A stretch of 24,874 nucleotides of DNA from an uncultured archaeon (GTDB lineage: Archaea > Asgardarchaeota > Thorarchaeia > Thorarchaeales > Thorarchaeaceae): the NCBI GenBank assembly GCA_964648855.1, contig CAZYLT010000016.1, forward strand, positions 29,799 to 54,672, written 5' to 3'. Shown one piece after another: positions 8,597 through 16,165 of this stretch (position 1 is its first letter; each line of letters begins with the position of its first letter). The position numbers and the translations under genes are program-made. The notes below the pieces were generated by a model, which saw only the letters and a program-made list of their open reading frames with translations, was not told where the DNA came from and searched no databases.

Positions 8597-9139
8597 TTGG
8601 CAATAATCAAGGCGGTAATACTCGGTGATACAGAATGTGGGAAGACCTCCTTCACTCAAAGGTGGACCACCGGGAGCTTTCCTGACCCAGAACAGCTCAA
8701 GACCACTGTGGGCGCTGCTTTTGACACAAAGAAGATTGAATTGCCTAGTGGAAAGCAGACCACGTTGAGCCTATGGGATTTCGGGGGTCAAATGCGATTC
8801 ATTGAAACCCTGCAGGGCATGATACGTGGTGCAAAAATCGGGCTCTTATTCTTCGATGTTTCTAAGATGTCCACTCTAGACTCACTCTTTGGGTACTGGA
8901 TTCCACGGATAGAAAAAAACAGCCAATTGTCTTTCGTTGAGGATGCCGGAAGCCGCTTTCTACTGGTGGGAAACAAGATTGATCTTCTCAATCCACCGTT
9001 TGATAATGTAGAAGAAGAGATGGATAAGTATGCAAAACAATATGGCATTAAGACTCAATTGATTTCTGCCAAGACCGGAATCGGCATTGAGAGCCTCGAC
9101 TACAAGTTCATGCAGATTATTGAGCAGTTTGCCGAATAG
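8597..9139 (+). CDS. Small GTPase, Rab/Ras-superfamily-like
   Basis: G1 GDTECGKT, G2 TTVG, G3 WDFGGQ, G4 NKID, G5 SAKTG. Likely TTG start at 8597 after GGAG (ORF track starts at GTG 8579). No C-terminal Cys lipidation motif. Confidence 0.93.
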   Translation: MAIIKAVILGDTECGKTSFTQRWTTGSFPDPEQLKTTVGAAFDTKKIELPSGKQTTLSLWDFGGQMRFIETLQGMIRGAKIGLLFFDVSKMSTLDSLFGYWIPRIEKNSQLSFVEDAGSRFLLVGNKIDLLNPPFDNVEEEMDKYAKQYGIKTQLISAKTGIGIESLDYKFMQIIEQFAE

Positions 9140-9167
9140 GCTTATCAGATTTTGCTACTCTTTTCCT

Positions 9168-9644
9168 CTAGCCGCCCGGGCTCCCATGCCACGGACTATC
9201 TTTCCAGAATGTGTCCCAAATCATGTCTTCCGTAAGGGTTTCTGGAGAAATGACCGTTTTGTGTAACTCCTTCAGAAGGCTATGGTGCTTGATTTCATCT
9301 TCTTTGATGATTGATGCAATGGTCATAACTTGATGATTGTCGGTGGACTCGACGAGTTTGCCATAAGTGTCGATGGCCTTTTCCTCCAACTCTATGTGCT
9401 TTTCGATTCCTTTCGCTATACCATCTCGTTCTTCTTCGCTAATGAATGGAGTTGGTCCTGCAACTGCTTCCTTGAGGGCACCTAGCAACTCAGCGTGCTT
9501 CTTGGAATCCCGTGAAATTGCAAGCAATAACACCTTTACAAAGGCGTTTCCAAGTTTTTCGACATTGGATTCAATAAGAGCGATTATCTTATATTCAAGC
9601 TTTACTTGTTCTTCAATAAATTCCAACGTTTGTTCTTTGTCCAT
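9168..9644 (-). CDS. Ferritin-like/rubrerythrin-like protein
   Basis: EQVKLE...DSKKH and HIELEE...DEIKHH di-metal-type repeats; C-terminus WKDSPWHGSPGG; GGAG RBS. Confidence 0.78.
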   Translation of the reverse strand: MDKEQTLEFIEEQVKLEYKIIALIESNVEKLGNAFVKVLLLAISRDSKKHAELLGALKEAVAGPTPFISEEERDGIAKGIEKHIELEEKAIDTYGKLVESTDNHQVMTIASIIKEDEIKHHSLLKELHKTVISPETLTEDMIWDTFWKDSPWHGSPGG

Positions 9645-9796
9645 CTGGCTCTTCTCCTAGCCTTTAAAGCATGAAAACTACCTCTATACTCTACTTAAGG
9701 ATATAGGCACAGCTATGAAGAATACAGCTATTCTTCGAATTCTGTAAAACCATTTAAGAGGAGTCAGAGTTGACAGGTATTGCCACCAATTGATTA

Positions 9797-9821
9797 TTTA
9801 TATTGGGTTGTCACTCAATAT
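9797..9821 (+). promoter_or_regulatory. TATA box (TTTATA 9797-9802) with overlapping inverted repeat (putative operator)
   Basis: ATATTGGGT-TGTC-ACTCAATAT at 9800-9821, 8 of 9 bp inverted match, upstream of the grx-trxB genes. Confidence 0.5.
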
Positions 9822-9858
9822 CTCAGACAGATAACTCAAGCATAGAGGATACCAACAA

Positions 9859-10101
9859 ATGCCAACTGCAAAAGTCTACACAGCTCCACAATGCCCGCAT
9901 TCAAAGAAGCTCAAGGAATTTCTTGACGAGGAAGGTGTACCCTACAAGGAAAAATGCATCCTTACAGATTCAGAAACTGTAGAAGAGCTGTTCGAGCTAA
10001 CTAAACAGAAGGCGGTCCCAGTAACGGTGATTGACGATGATTTCTTTATCGGATTTGATCGTCGAACTCAGAGAAGGATAAAGAGAAAGATGAGGGGTTG
10101 A
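9859..10101 (+). CDS. Glutaredoxin/NrdH-like protein (CPHS monothiol)
   Basis: KVYTAPQCPHS, AVPVTVI and IGFD are typical Grx/NrdH signatures. Confidence 0.88.
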   Translation: MPTAKVYTAPQCPHSKKLKEFLDEEGVPYKEKCILTDSETVEELFELTKQKAVPVTVIDDDFFIGFDRRTQRRIKRKMRG

Positions 10102-10105
10102 TACA

Positions 10106-11113
10106 ATGTACGATCTTGTAGTAATAGGATCAGGGGTCACTGGTTACGGAGCAGCAATGTATGCTGCGAGGCTTGACCTATCGACAGCTGTGATTGGAGA
10201 TGTTGATGGCGGAACAATCACACTTACTGATGATGTTGCGAACTATCCGGGATATATTCAGCTCACTGGGCAAGAATTGGCAGACAAGATCAAGTCTCAT
10301 GCACAAGATTATCCCGTTCATATCGACATTGACTTGGTTGAAAGAGTCTTCAGGGATAAACAGGGCTTCTTCTACGTGGTAACTGATAGCAAGACCTACC
10401 TTGCAAAGACAGTTCTTATTGCCACAGGAATGGAAGAACGAGAACTTGACGTGCCAGGCCACGACCGCTTGAAAAACCGTGGGGTAAGCTACTGTGCTCT
10501 ATGTGATGCGCCTCTTTTCAAGGGAAAGACTGTTGCAGTTGTAGGTGGCAGCGATAGCGCTGCAAAGGAGGCATTATTGCTTGCAAAATATTGTCCGAAG
10601 GTCTACATCATATATCGCGGCGAGAAAATTAGACCTGAGCCAGTCAACCAAAGAAGAATTTCCAAGGAAGATAAGATAGAGGTCATCACAAATACTAATG
10701 TCGTTGAAATCATTGGTGAAAATAGAGTTGAGGGTGTGAAGCTGGACAAACCGTACAATGGCAGCGACACACTGGAGATGGATGGCATCTTCATTGCTAT
10801 TGGAGGCATTCCCTTATCTGATTTGGCTCAAGAGCTTGGAGTCGAAGTCAATGAGAAAAAGGAGATTATAATTGACCGCTCAAGTCGAACCAATATCCCC
10901 GGAGTCTTCGCTGCAGGGGATGTTGTGGATAGTGAATTCAAGCAAGCCATTACCGGAGTTGCTGAGGGCGTCCATGCGGCATATCAGGCATACCGGTATG
11001 TCAATGAGAATGAGTTTGTGTACACCTGTCAGCAAGCTGAAGACGGTGAGTTCAAACCTACTTCGACCAAAGAGATGCCAGAAACCGGAGATGAGGATAT
11101 TATCACCAGATAG
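10106..11113 (+). CDS. trxB: Thioredoxin reductase
   Basis: VIGSGVTG, NYPG, IATG, GVSYCALCDA, VVGGSDSA, IYRG and GVFAAGDV; starts 4 nt after the grx stop. Confidence 0.92.
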   Translation: MYDLVVIGSGVTGYGAAMYAARLDLSTAVIGDVDGGTITLTDDVANYPGYIQLTGQELADKIKSHAQDYPVHIDIDLVERVFRDKQGFFYVVTDSKTYLAKTVLIATGMEERELDVPGHDRLKNRGVSYCALCDAPLFKGKTVAVVGGSDSAAKEALLLAKYCPKVYIIYRGEKIRPEPVNQRRISKEDKIEVITNTNVVEIIGENRVEGVKLDKPYNGSDTLEMDGIFIAIGGIPLSDLAQELGVEVNEKKEIIIDRSSRTNIPGVFAAGDVVDSEFKQAITGVAEGVHAAYQAYRYVNENEFVYTCQQAEDGEFKPTSTKEMPETGDEDIITR

Positions 11114-11130
11114 TTTCTCAATGCACTCTT

Positions 11131-11775
11131 TTAGCTAATGGCATCATACAGTTTGTCTACGAAGAGGTCTGGTGATGCTAATCCTTCAATAGATGTCTTC
11201 TCATTGATTATTGTCTTGGGAACCCCGAACACCTCGTATTTCTTAGCAACTTCCTGAAACTCTAGAGATTCAACCATGTCCGCCTGTATTTTTGGATTAA
11301 GTATTGCAGCATAGTGAGCCAACTTGACCATATCGGGACAATACGGGCATTGAGGTGTTGTAAAGACCTGAATATGAACGGGCTCATCAATATCCTTGAT
11401 ATCTTCAATGATGCCTTCCTCCAATGGTACATCTGCAGTCGACACCGCAACAATACCCGCAATCAATGCTCCAAATTCATGTCCTGCTGGAATCCCATAG
11501 TATCGGACATTGTAACGTTCTTTTCCCTCAAGAACTATGGCGGGCAATCTCTGGACGCCGAACTCCACAGCCTTTTCATCCCCTGGTTCATCATGATGTT
11601 CCACGACTTTAACCTTATCAGACAATTCTGCTATCTTTTCGGCGAGCGTTTTTGTGTCGCCACAGTATAGGCACTCGTGGTCTTTCACAAATAGGTGTAT
11701 TTTGACATCACTATCAAGAGGTTTGAAAAGGGTTCTCACCTGTTCTTGTGTTTCTTGGTCCATCTCCACAACCAT
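11131..11775 (-). CDS. pdo: Archaeal protein disulfide oxidoreductase (two Trx folds, AhpF-N-like)
   Basis: CLYC and CPYC active sites; YYGIPAGHEF; FGVPKTIIN. Confidence 0.9.
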   Translation of the reverse strand: MVVEMDQETQEQVRTLFKPLDSDVKIHLFVKDHECLYCGDTKTLAEKIAELSDKVKVVEHHDEPGDEKAVEFGVQRLPAIVLEGKERYNVRYYGIPAGHEFGALIAGIVAVSTADVPLEEGIIEDIKDIDEPVHIQVFTTPQCPYCPDMVKLAHYAAILNPKIQADMVESLEFQEVAKKYEVFGVPKTIINEKTSIEGLASPDLFVDKLYDAIS

Positions 11776-11894
11776 TGTCTATCCACCTAGTAAGTACGAT
11801 TTAGAAGGAGGTGTATACTACCTCATAAGAACCTATTGACATGTACTTTCATGTAATTTAATCCGATAAGGGTCAATCGAGATTGAAGGCGCTC

Positions 11895-12122
11895 TTAGAA
11901 CAGCTCGTATGCCTTTCTGCTAAGATGGTCCGTTTCCGCTAACTCCACCTCAACAACCGCTTTTCCATCTTTCTTTTTTACTCGCATGATTTCGCTCTGG
12001 GTCTTTATCGAAAACTCTTGTCCTTCTTCAAGCCGACCCATGACTCCTTTTCCAATAGGACCATTTAGGTACTCCATGTAGATTTTTGCCATCCGCTCAA
12101 TTTCTTTTCTTCTAGCATCCAT
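11895..12122 (-). CDS. Small hypothetical protein (75 aa)
   Basis: ATG at 12122 (MDARRKEIERMAKIYMEYL); protein-like composition; fills the gap between flanking genes. Confidence 0.6.
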   Translation of the reverse strand: MDARRKEIERMAKIYMEYLNGPIGKGVMGRLEEGQEFSIKTQSEIMRVKKKDGKAVVEVELAETDHLSRKAYELF

Positions 12123-12231
12123 ATAATCAAACCCAACGATTCCAGCAAGAACGTCAGGCGCGCAGGTATTATAATGATTTAATTCTATAAAAAGTTGACC
12201 GATTATCAAATCTAGCACTATAAAGCATCAT

Positions 12232-13299
12232 TCAATCCCATTTTACCCTTTTTTCTTCAATCAGATCCTCAATGGCAAAGGGGATATCATCAGAGTTTCT
12301 TAGAGATGCTTTGGCACGGATTTCTGTATGAGGTGACACAGTCATATCTTCTAAATTACTGCATGCAAATAGTGGACTAATCTCCAGTTCCCTGATATTG
12401 TTCTCATCGGGGTGGTCGCTGTAGATATAGAGGTCCTCAAGTGACTTACATTTCGCTAGGGGGGACAAATCTAAGGCTTGCAGGTCATTTCCTGCTACGT
12501 CTAGCGCACGCAATTCAGGACAATTCTCTAATGATTGCAGATCGAGTTCTGTGATTCGGTTCATTGCCAAGCCAAGCCTTCTCAGTTCACCACAGTTCGA
12601 TAATGGGCTCAAGTCTAGAGACTCCAGATCGTTACCGCCTAGTCTGAGAATTCTGAAGTCATGCCAATTATCCATTGGCGAGAGATCTATTTCAGAGAGC
12701 ATATTATGATGAAGATAGAGAAAATTCATCTCTTCACAACCTGCAAGGGGAGACAGGTCTAGCGAGGTCAGCTCATTGTACATCAGATTGACCTGATTAA
12801 GGTGATTACACTTGGCAAGCGGACCTAAGTCTATCGATGCTATTTGATTATTCTCTAGTTCCAGCGATTCCAAATACGTGCAAGCTGAAAGCGGCTCCAA
12901 GTCTATCTCTGCAATTTGATTGTTGAATAAACGAATCCTTCTTAGGTCAGTTCTGGATAGAGGCTCCAAGGATATTGATGCGAGCTCGGTTGACCCAAGA
13001 TTCAGCTCTTGCAGGTTCTCGCAGTTTCTTAGCGGTTCGATATCAATTGTTCCTAAAGGGTTCTTGAAGAGATTAAGTGACTGCAAATCGGGGCATTCGC
13101 CTAATGGCGTTAAATCCACGCTTTCTAGATAGTTTGCGCCTAAATCAAGAGAAACGATTCCAGTCCTTTCTGCCAAGGGCGTCAAATCTACTTGCGAGAT
13201 TTTTTTCCGCCGTAGCTGAATGGAAGACTCGCCCTCTTTTACCTCATACGTTCTATCTCTTCCATCCTTGTCGATATAGCTAATCCGAATTTCTGCCAT
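12232..13299 (-). CDS. Leucine-rich repeat protein (~12 repeats of 24 aa)
   Basis: Consensus LxxLxLxxNxLxxLDLxPLxxCxx; probable start ATG 13299 after GAGG (ORF track extends to 13320). Confidence 0.93.
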   Translation of the reverse strand: MAEIRISYIDKDGRDRTYEVKEGESSIQLRRKKISQVDLTPLAERTGIVSLDLGANYLESVDLTPLGECPDLQSLNLFKNPLGTIDIEPLRNCENLQELNLGSTELASISLEPLSRTDLRRIRLFNNQIAEIDLEPLSACTYLESLELENNQIASIDLGPLAKCNHLNQVNLMYNELTSLDLSPLAGCEEMNFLYLHHNMLSEIDLSPMDNWHDFRILRLGGNDLESLDLSPLSNCGELRRLGLAMNRITELDLQSLENCPELRALDVAGNDLQALDLSPLAKCKSLEDLYIYSDHPDENNIRELEISPLFACSNLEDMTVSPHTEIRAKASLRNSDDIPFAIEDLIEEKRVKWD

Positions 13300-13476
13300 C
13301 CGAAGGTCCTCAGCATTCATGATTCTTTACTAATTGCAGCTATACATCTTATTCAATCTTGTTGCGGAATGAGTGGGTTGTCATTTCATCGTCCATGCAA
13401 TTCTCCGTCAATCGCTTCGTCGTTTCAGTTGGATTTTTAAACAGTTGTCTAATTTGGAAAATCCACTATCTGGAGC

Positions 13477-13851
13477 TTGATACCTTTGGAAAAGAAATGT
13501 CTAGGCATCCTTTTGCTTACTGGCCCTTATACCTATGAAAATAGCCACACCTTTTTCAATCTTGCAAAGGCTGCATTAGAGAAGGGATATTGCGTAAAGG
13601 TCTTCCTGTTTATTGATGGAGTAAACAATGCGATAGTTGGACAGGAACCTGACCCCGACAGACCAATGGAGGTGAGATTCAAAGAGCTTGCAGAATTAGG
13701 CGCAGATTTTCAAGCATGTGGACTCTGTACCGCTGCCCGAGGATTTGACCAAGAGGGCTCCGATTTCATCCCAGAAGTTGAAGTCACCGGGTTGACTGAG
13801 TTGGCTGAGATGGTTGGCGAATGTGAAAGGTTCGTGACATTCACGATGTAG
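13477..13851 (+). CDS. dsrE: DsrE/TusD-family sulfur relay protein
   Basis: LLTGPY, VFLFIDGV and ACGLCTAARG; C-terminal RFVTF. The start could be TTG at 13486. Confidence 0.85.
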   Translation: MIPLEKKCLGILLLTGPYTYENSHTFFNLAKAALEKGYCVKVFLFIDGVNNAIVGQEPDPDRPMEVRFKELAELGADFQACGLCTAARGFDQEGSDFIPEVEVTGLTELAEMVGECERFVTFTM

Positions 13852-13857
13852 GAGGCT

Positions 13858-14214
13858 ATGAGAATGGAATTTACAGAACGAAGGGTATTGCTTCTGATTC
13901 GGAGCAGGCCATTTGGAACCGTCACCAATTTTGAAGGGTGGCGAGCGAGTGTCGGTATGTTTGGAATGGACCACGAACCGACAATGTTGCTTCTAGGCGA
14001 TGGCGTGTATGCAGCGTTGAAAGACATGGATGATATGCCAATTAGAATGTTCAAATCTGTCTACAAGAGCTTCGACGGACGCATGTGTGTTAGTAAGGAA
14101 TCTCTTGAGGCGAGGAAGATATCACCAGATGAGATTCAGGACGATATGGAAATTGTGGGCAATGCTGAGATTGGTAAGATGTTCACAGAGAATGAAATCG
14201 TGGTGACCTTCTGA
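13858..14214 (+). CDS. dsrF: DsrF/TusC-family protein
   Basis: IRSRPFGT, LLGDGVY, ESLEARKI, IVVTF; second gene of the triad. Confidence 0.82.
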   Translation: MRMEFTERRVLLLIRSRPFGTVTNFEGWRASVGMFGMDHEPTMLLLGDGVYAALKDMDDMPIRMFKSVYKSFDGRMCVSKESLEARKISPDEIQDDMEIVGNAEIGKMFTENEIVVTF

Positions 14215-14225
14215 GGGTGATATGA

Positions 14226-14525
14226 GTGAAGTTCTTGCTATGGTTGTCAAGTGAATGCAAAAGCATGGAAGAGATAGCAAAAGCGCTCAAGGCAGAGGGA
14301 CATGAGATTGCTCTCTTGCTGGTCCAAGATGGCGTCTTTTTGGCAGACAAAGGCTGTGAACACTCCTCAAAGGTTGTTGATTTGAATGTTGCAATGTTTG
14401 TTTCAGAACATCACGTAGAGGAGCGAGGAATCAAGAGCCGCATGGTGGGCGATGTGTCCTTGGTAAATTATGATGAAATGGTCGACTTGATGATGGAAAA
14501 ATATGATCGAGTAGTCTCCGTTTGA
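14226..14525 (+). CDS. dsrH: DsrH/TusB-family protein
   Basis: LLLVQDGVF, EERGI, VNYDEMVDLM; third gene of the triad. Confidence 0.82.
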   Translation: MKFLLWLSSECKSMEEIAKALKAEGHEIALLLVQDGVFLADKGCEHSSKVVDLNVAMFVSEHHVEERGIKSRMVGDVSLVNYDEMVDLMMEKYDRVVSV

Positions 14526-14537
14526 ATTGTTGGGACC

Positions 14538-14945
14538 CTATTTTTTCTTGCCTTCTACAATCAAGGCCATTCCAAGGAGATCGTTCTGCATCACTGGGGC
14601 TTTTACCCGTGATCTGAACATACCAATGGTTGCTGTCCGTTCTTCGTGATCGGGTTTCATTTCTGTAGAACCAATGCAAGTAAGGTGTCCCATGCCATTA
14701 GACCCATAAAAAGAGCTTAAAACGATTGAATTGACTGGTATATCAATCGGTCGAATAGAAACCATTTTTGTTTCATCTTCTTCAAAGGGAACCCTCTCTG
14801 CTGCCACAACTGGTATCAAGGTAGCATTGCTCCAATCGAGATTGAGCTTGGCAGGTCCAAGACCTTCGACACTTGTTCGCATTCTGTCGAGCCCCATTGA
14901 AGCCAATTCTTGGTTGCAGCTGATAACGTATATCTTATCTGTCAT
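14538..14945 (-). CDS. DUF22-like archaeal protein
   Basis: IPVVAAE...IRPIDIPVNSIV...GH...NDLLG resembles the DUF22 pattern as I recall it; GGTGA RBS. Confidence 0.6.
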   Translation of the reverse strand: MTDKIYVISCNQELASMGLDRMRTSVEGLGPAKLNLDWSNATLIPVVAAERVPFEEDETKMVSIRPIDIPVNSIVLSSFYGSNGMGHLTCIGSTEMKPDHEERTATIGMFRSRVKAPVMQNDLLGMALIVEGKKK

Positions 14946-15132
14946 TCCTAAGTCACCTTAGAGTCGATTCGAACTGAGATTCTTGCTATTTAAGTAGTTA
15001 GAGGTTTCATTCTTTCGAATGGATTGCTCTATTTTTGGATTCGGATTACGATATACCACAAATTTCATTCAGTGGTTTAATTGCAACCGGTGAAGTATCC
15101 TATTTAGATGCTCTAGGACATGCTGGGAACAT

Positions 15133-16014
15133 CTAAAGCCCTCTCAAGTATGAAGGCCTCAGGCTACTCGTATCTCCTTTTTCTAGCACTGCGTCTATTC
15201 TGTCTAGCACCCGTTGCTTATCGCGACTCAGTGTTCCTCTAACAGCCAAGTAGTTTGATGCATGATTCGTCCTAAAGATGCAATCTGTGAGTTCCAGTCG
15301 CTCAACTATAATCCTCAGTTCCCTAAGAATATTGATTGATGACATTGGCGTGAAATCTCCCCTCTTAACCATTTCATGGATGGGAGTAGTCGGAGGTGTC
15401 ATTAGGGTCAGTGCGCCCACATACTCAGGATCTATCTGGTTGAGAGCAGAGGCTGTTGCTATAGCATGCCGTTCTGAGTTTTTCAACCCACCAAGTCCGA
15501 GAATTATAGTAAGCGAGAGTGGGATTCCTGCCTCTCGTATCTTCTTACAAGCGTCAATGTTCACTCGATTTGAAACTCCCTTTCTTATCCATCTGAGAAG
15601 CTCGTCATCCCCTGTTTCCATTCCAAGATACACAATACCAAGCCCCAGTTTGTGCAGTCGTTGCAGGTCATTGATAGTTTTTTCATCGACATCGTGGGCA
15701 TAGGCATATGTGCCAACTCGTTCTAGATTTGGCAGTTCATCATAAAGCCGTTTTAGAACATCAGCCATTTCATCAGTATCCATTGCTAGAGCATTTCCAT
15801 CAGCAAGGAATACCCTTGTAGCTCTTGATTTTTGAATATCTGATAGCCCTGCTAGGTCCTTCTCTATTCCCTCAGCGCCTCTCACTCTGTATTTTTTGTT
15901 TTTGTAAGAAACACAGAATATGCAAGCATTGTGTGAGCAGCCAATCGTTGCCTGTAGAATTAGACTTCTCGCCTCGCTGGGTGGCCTCCAGATTGAACCT
16001 TCATATTGAACCAA
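15133..16014 (-). CDS. Radical SAM protein (stand-alone core, function unknown)
   Basis: IWRPPSEA.SLILQATIGCSHNACIFC (CX4CX2C), VFLADGNAL, YLGMETG, NHASNY. Confidence 0.9.
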   Translation of the reverse strand: MVQYEGSIWRPPSEARSLILQATIGCSHNACIFCVSYKNKKYRVRGAEGIEKDLAGLSDIQKSRATRVFLADGNALAMDTDEMADVLKRLYDELPNLERVGTYAYAHDVDEKTINDLQRLHKLGLGIVYLGMETGDDELLRWIRKGVSNRVNIDACKKIREAGIPLSLTIILGLGGLKNSERHAIATASALNQIDPEYVGALTLMTPPTTPIHEMVKRGDFTPMSSINILRELRIIVERLELTDCIFRTNHASNYLAVRGTLSRDKQRVLDRIDAVLEKGDTSSLRPSYLRGL

Positions 16015-16165
16015 GATGCTTCATCCTCAAGATATGCGATAACAATCTCATGTGTCTTCTCTTTTGTAGCTTATTCAATCGCATTTCAGGATATATACTG
16101 TTCACAAATGGGAGATAAGACGCATCGCTTTACGATTCATAAGCAAAATGTCCTATCAAACTTAA

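Noticed and set aside
11835-11857. Imperfect inverted repeat ACATG-N6-CATGT upstream of pdo
   Set aside because: Only a 5-bp core and no clear match to the 9800-9821 palindrome; could be chance.
12300-13220. DNA tandem repeat or CRISPR-like periodicity
   Set aside because: The 72-nt periodicity is degenerate and explained by LRR coding; there are no identical repeats with spacers.
86-14525. Selenocysteine (UGA) recoding in redox genes
   Set aside because: The active-site motifs are encoded by ordinary Cys/Ser/Ala codons, and TGA stops fall at the expected protein ends.
13477-14525. Evidence for dissimilatory sulfur metabolism
   Set aside because: dsrEFH-like genes alone are not diagnostic, and no dsrAB/dsrC is present in the window.
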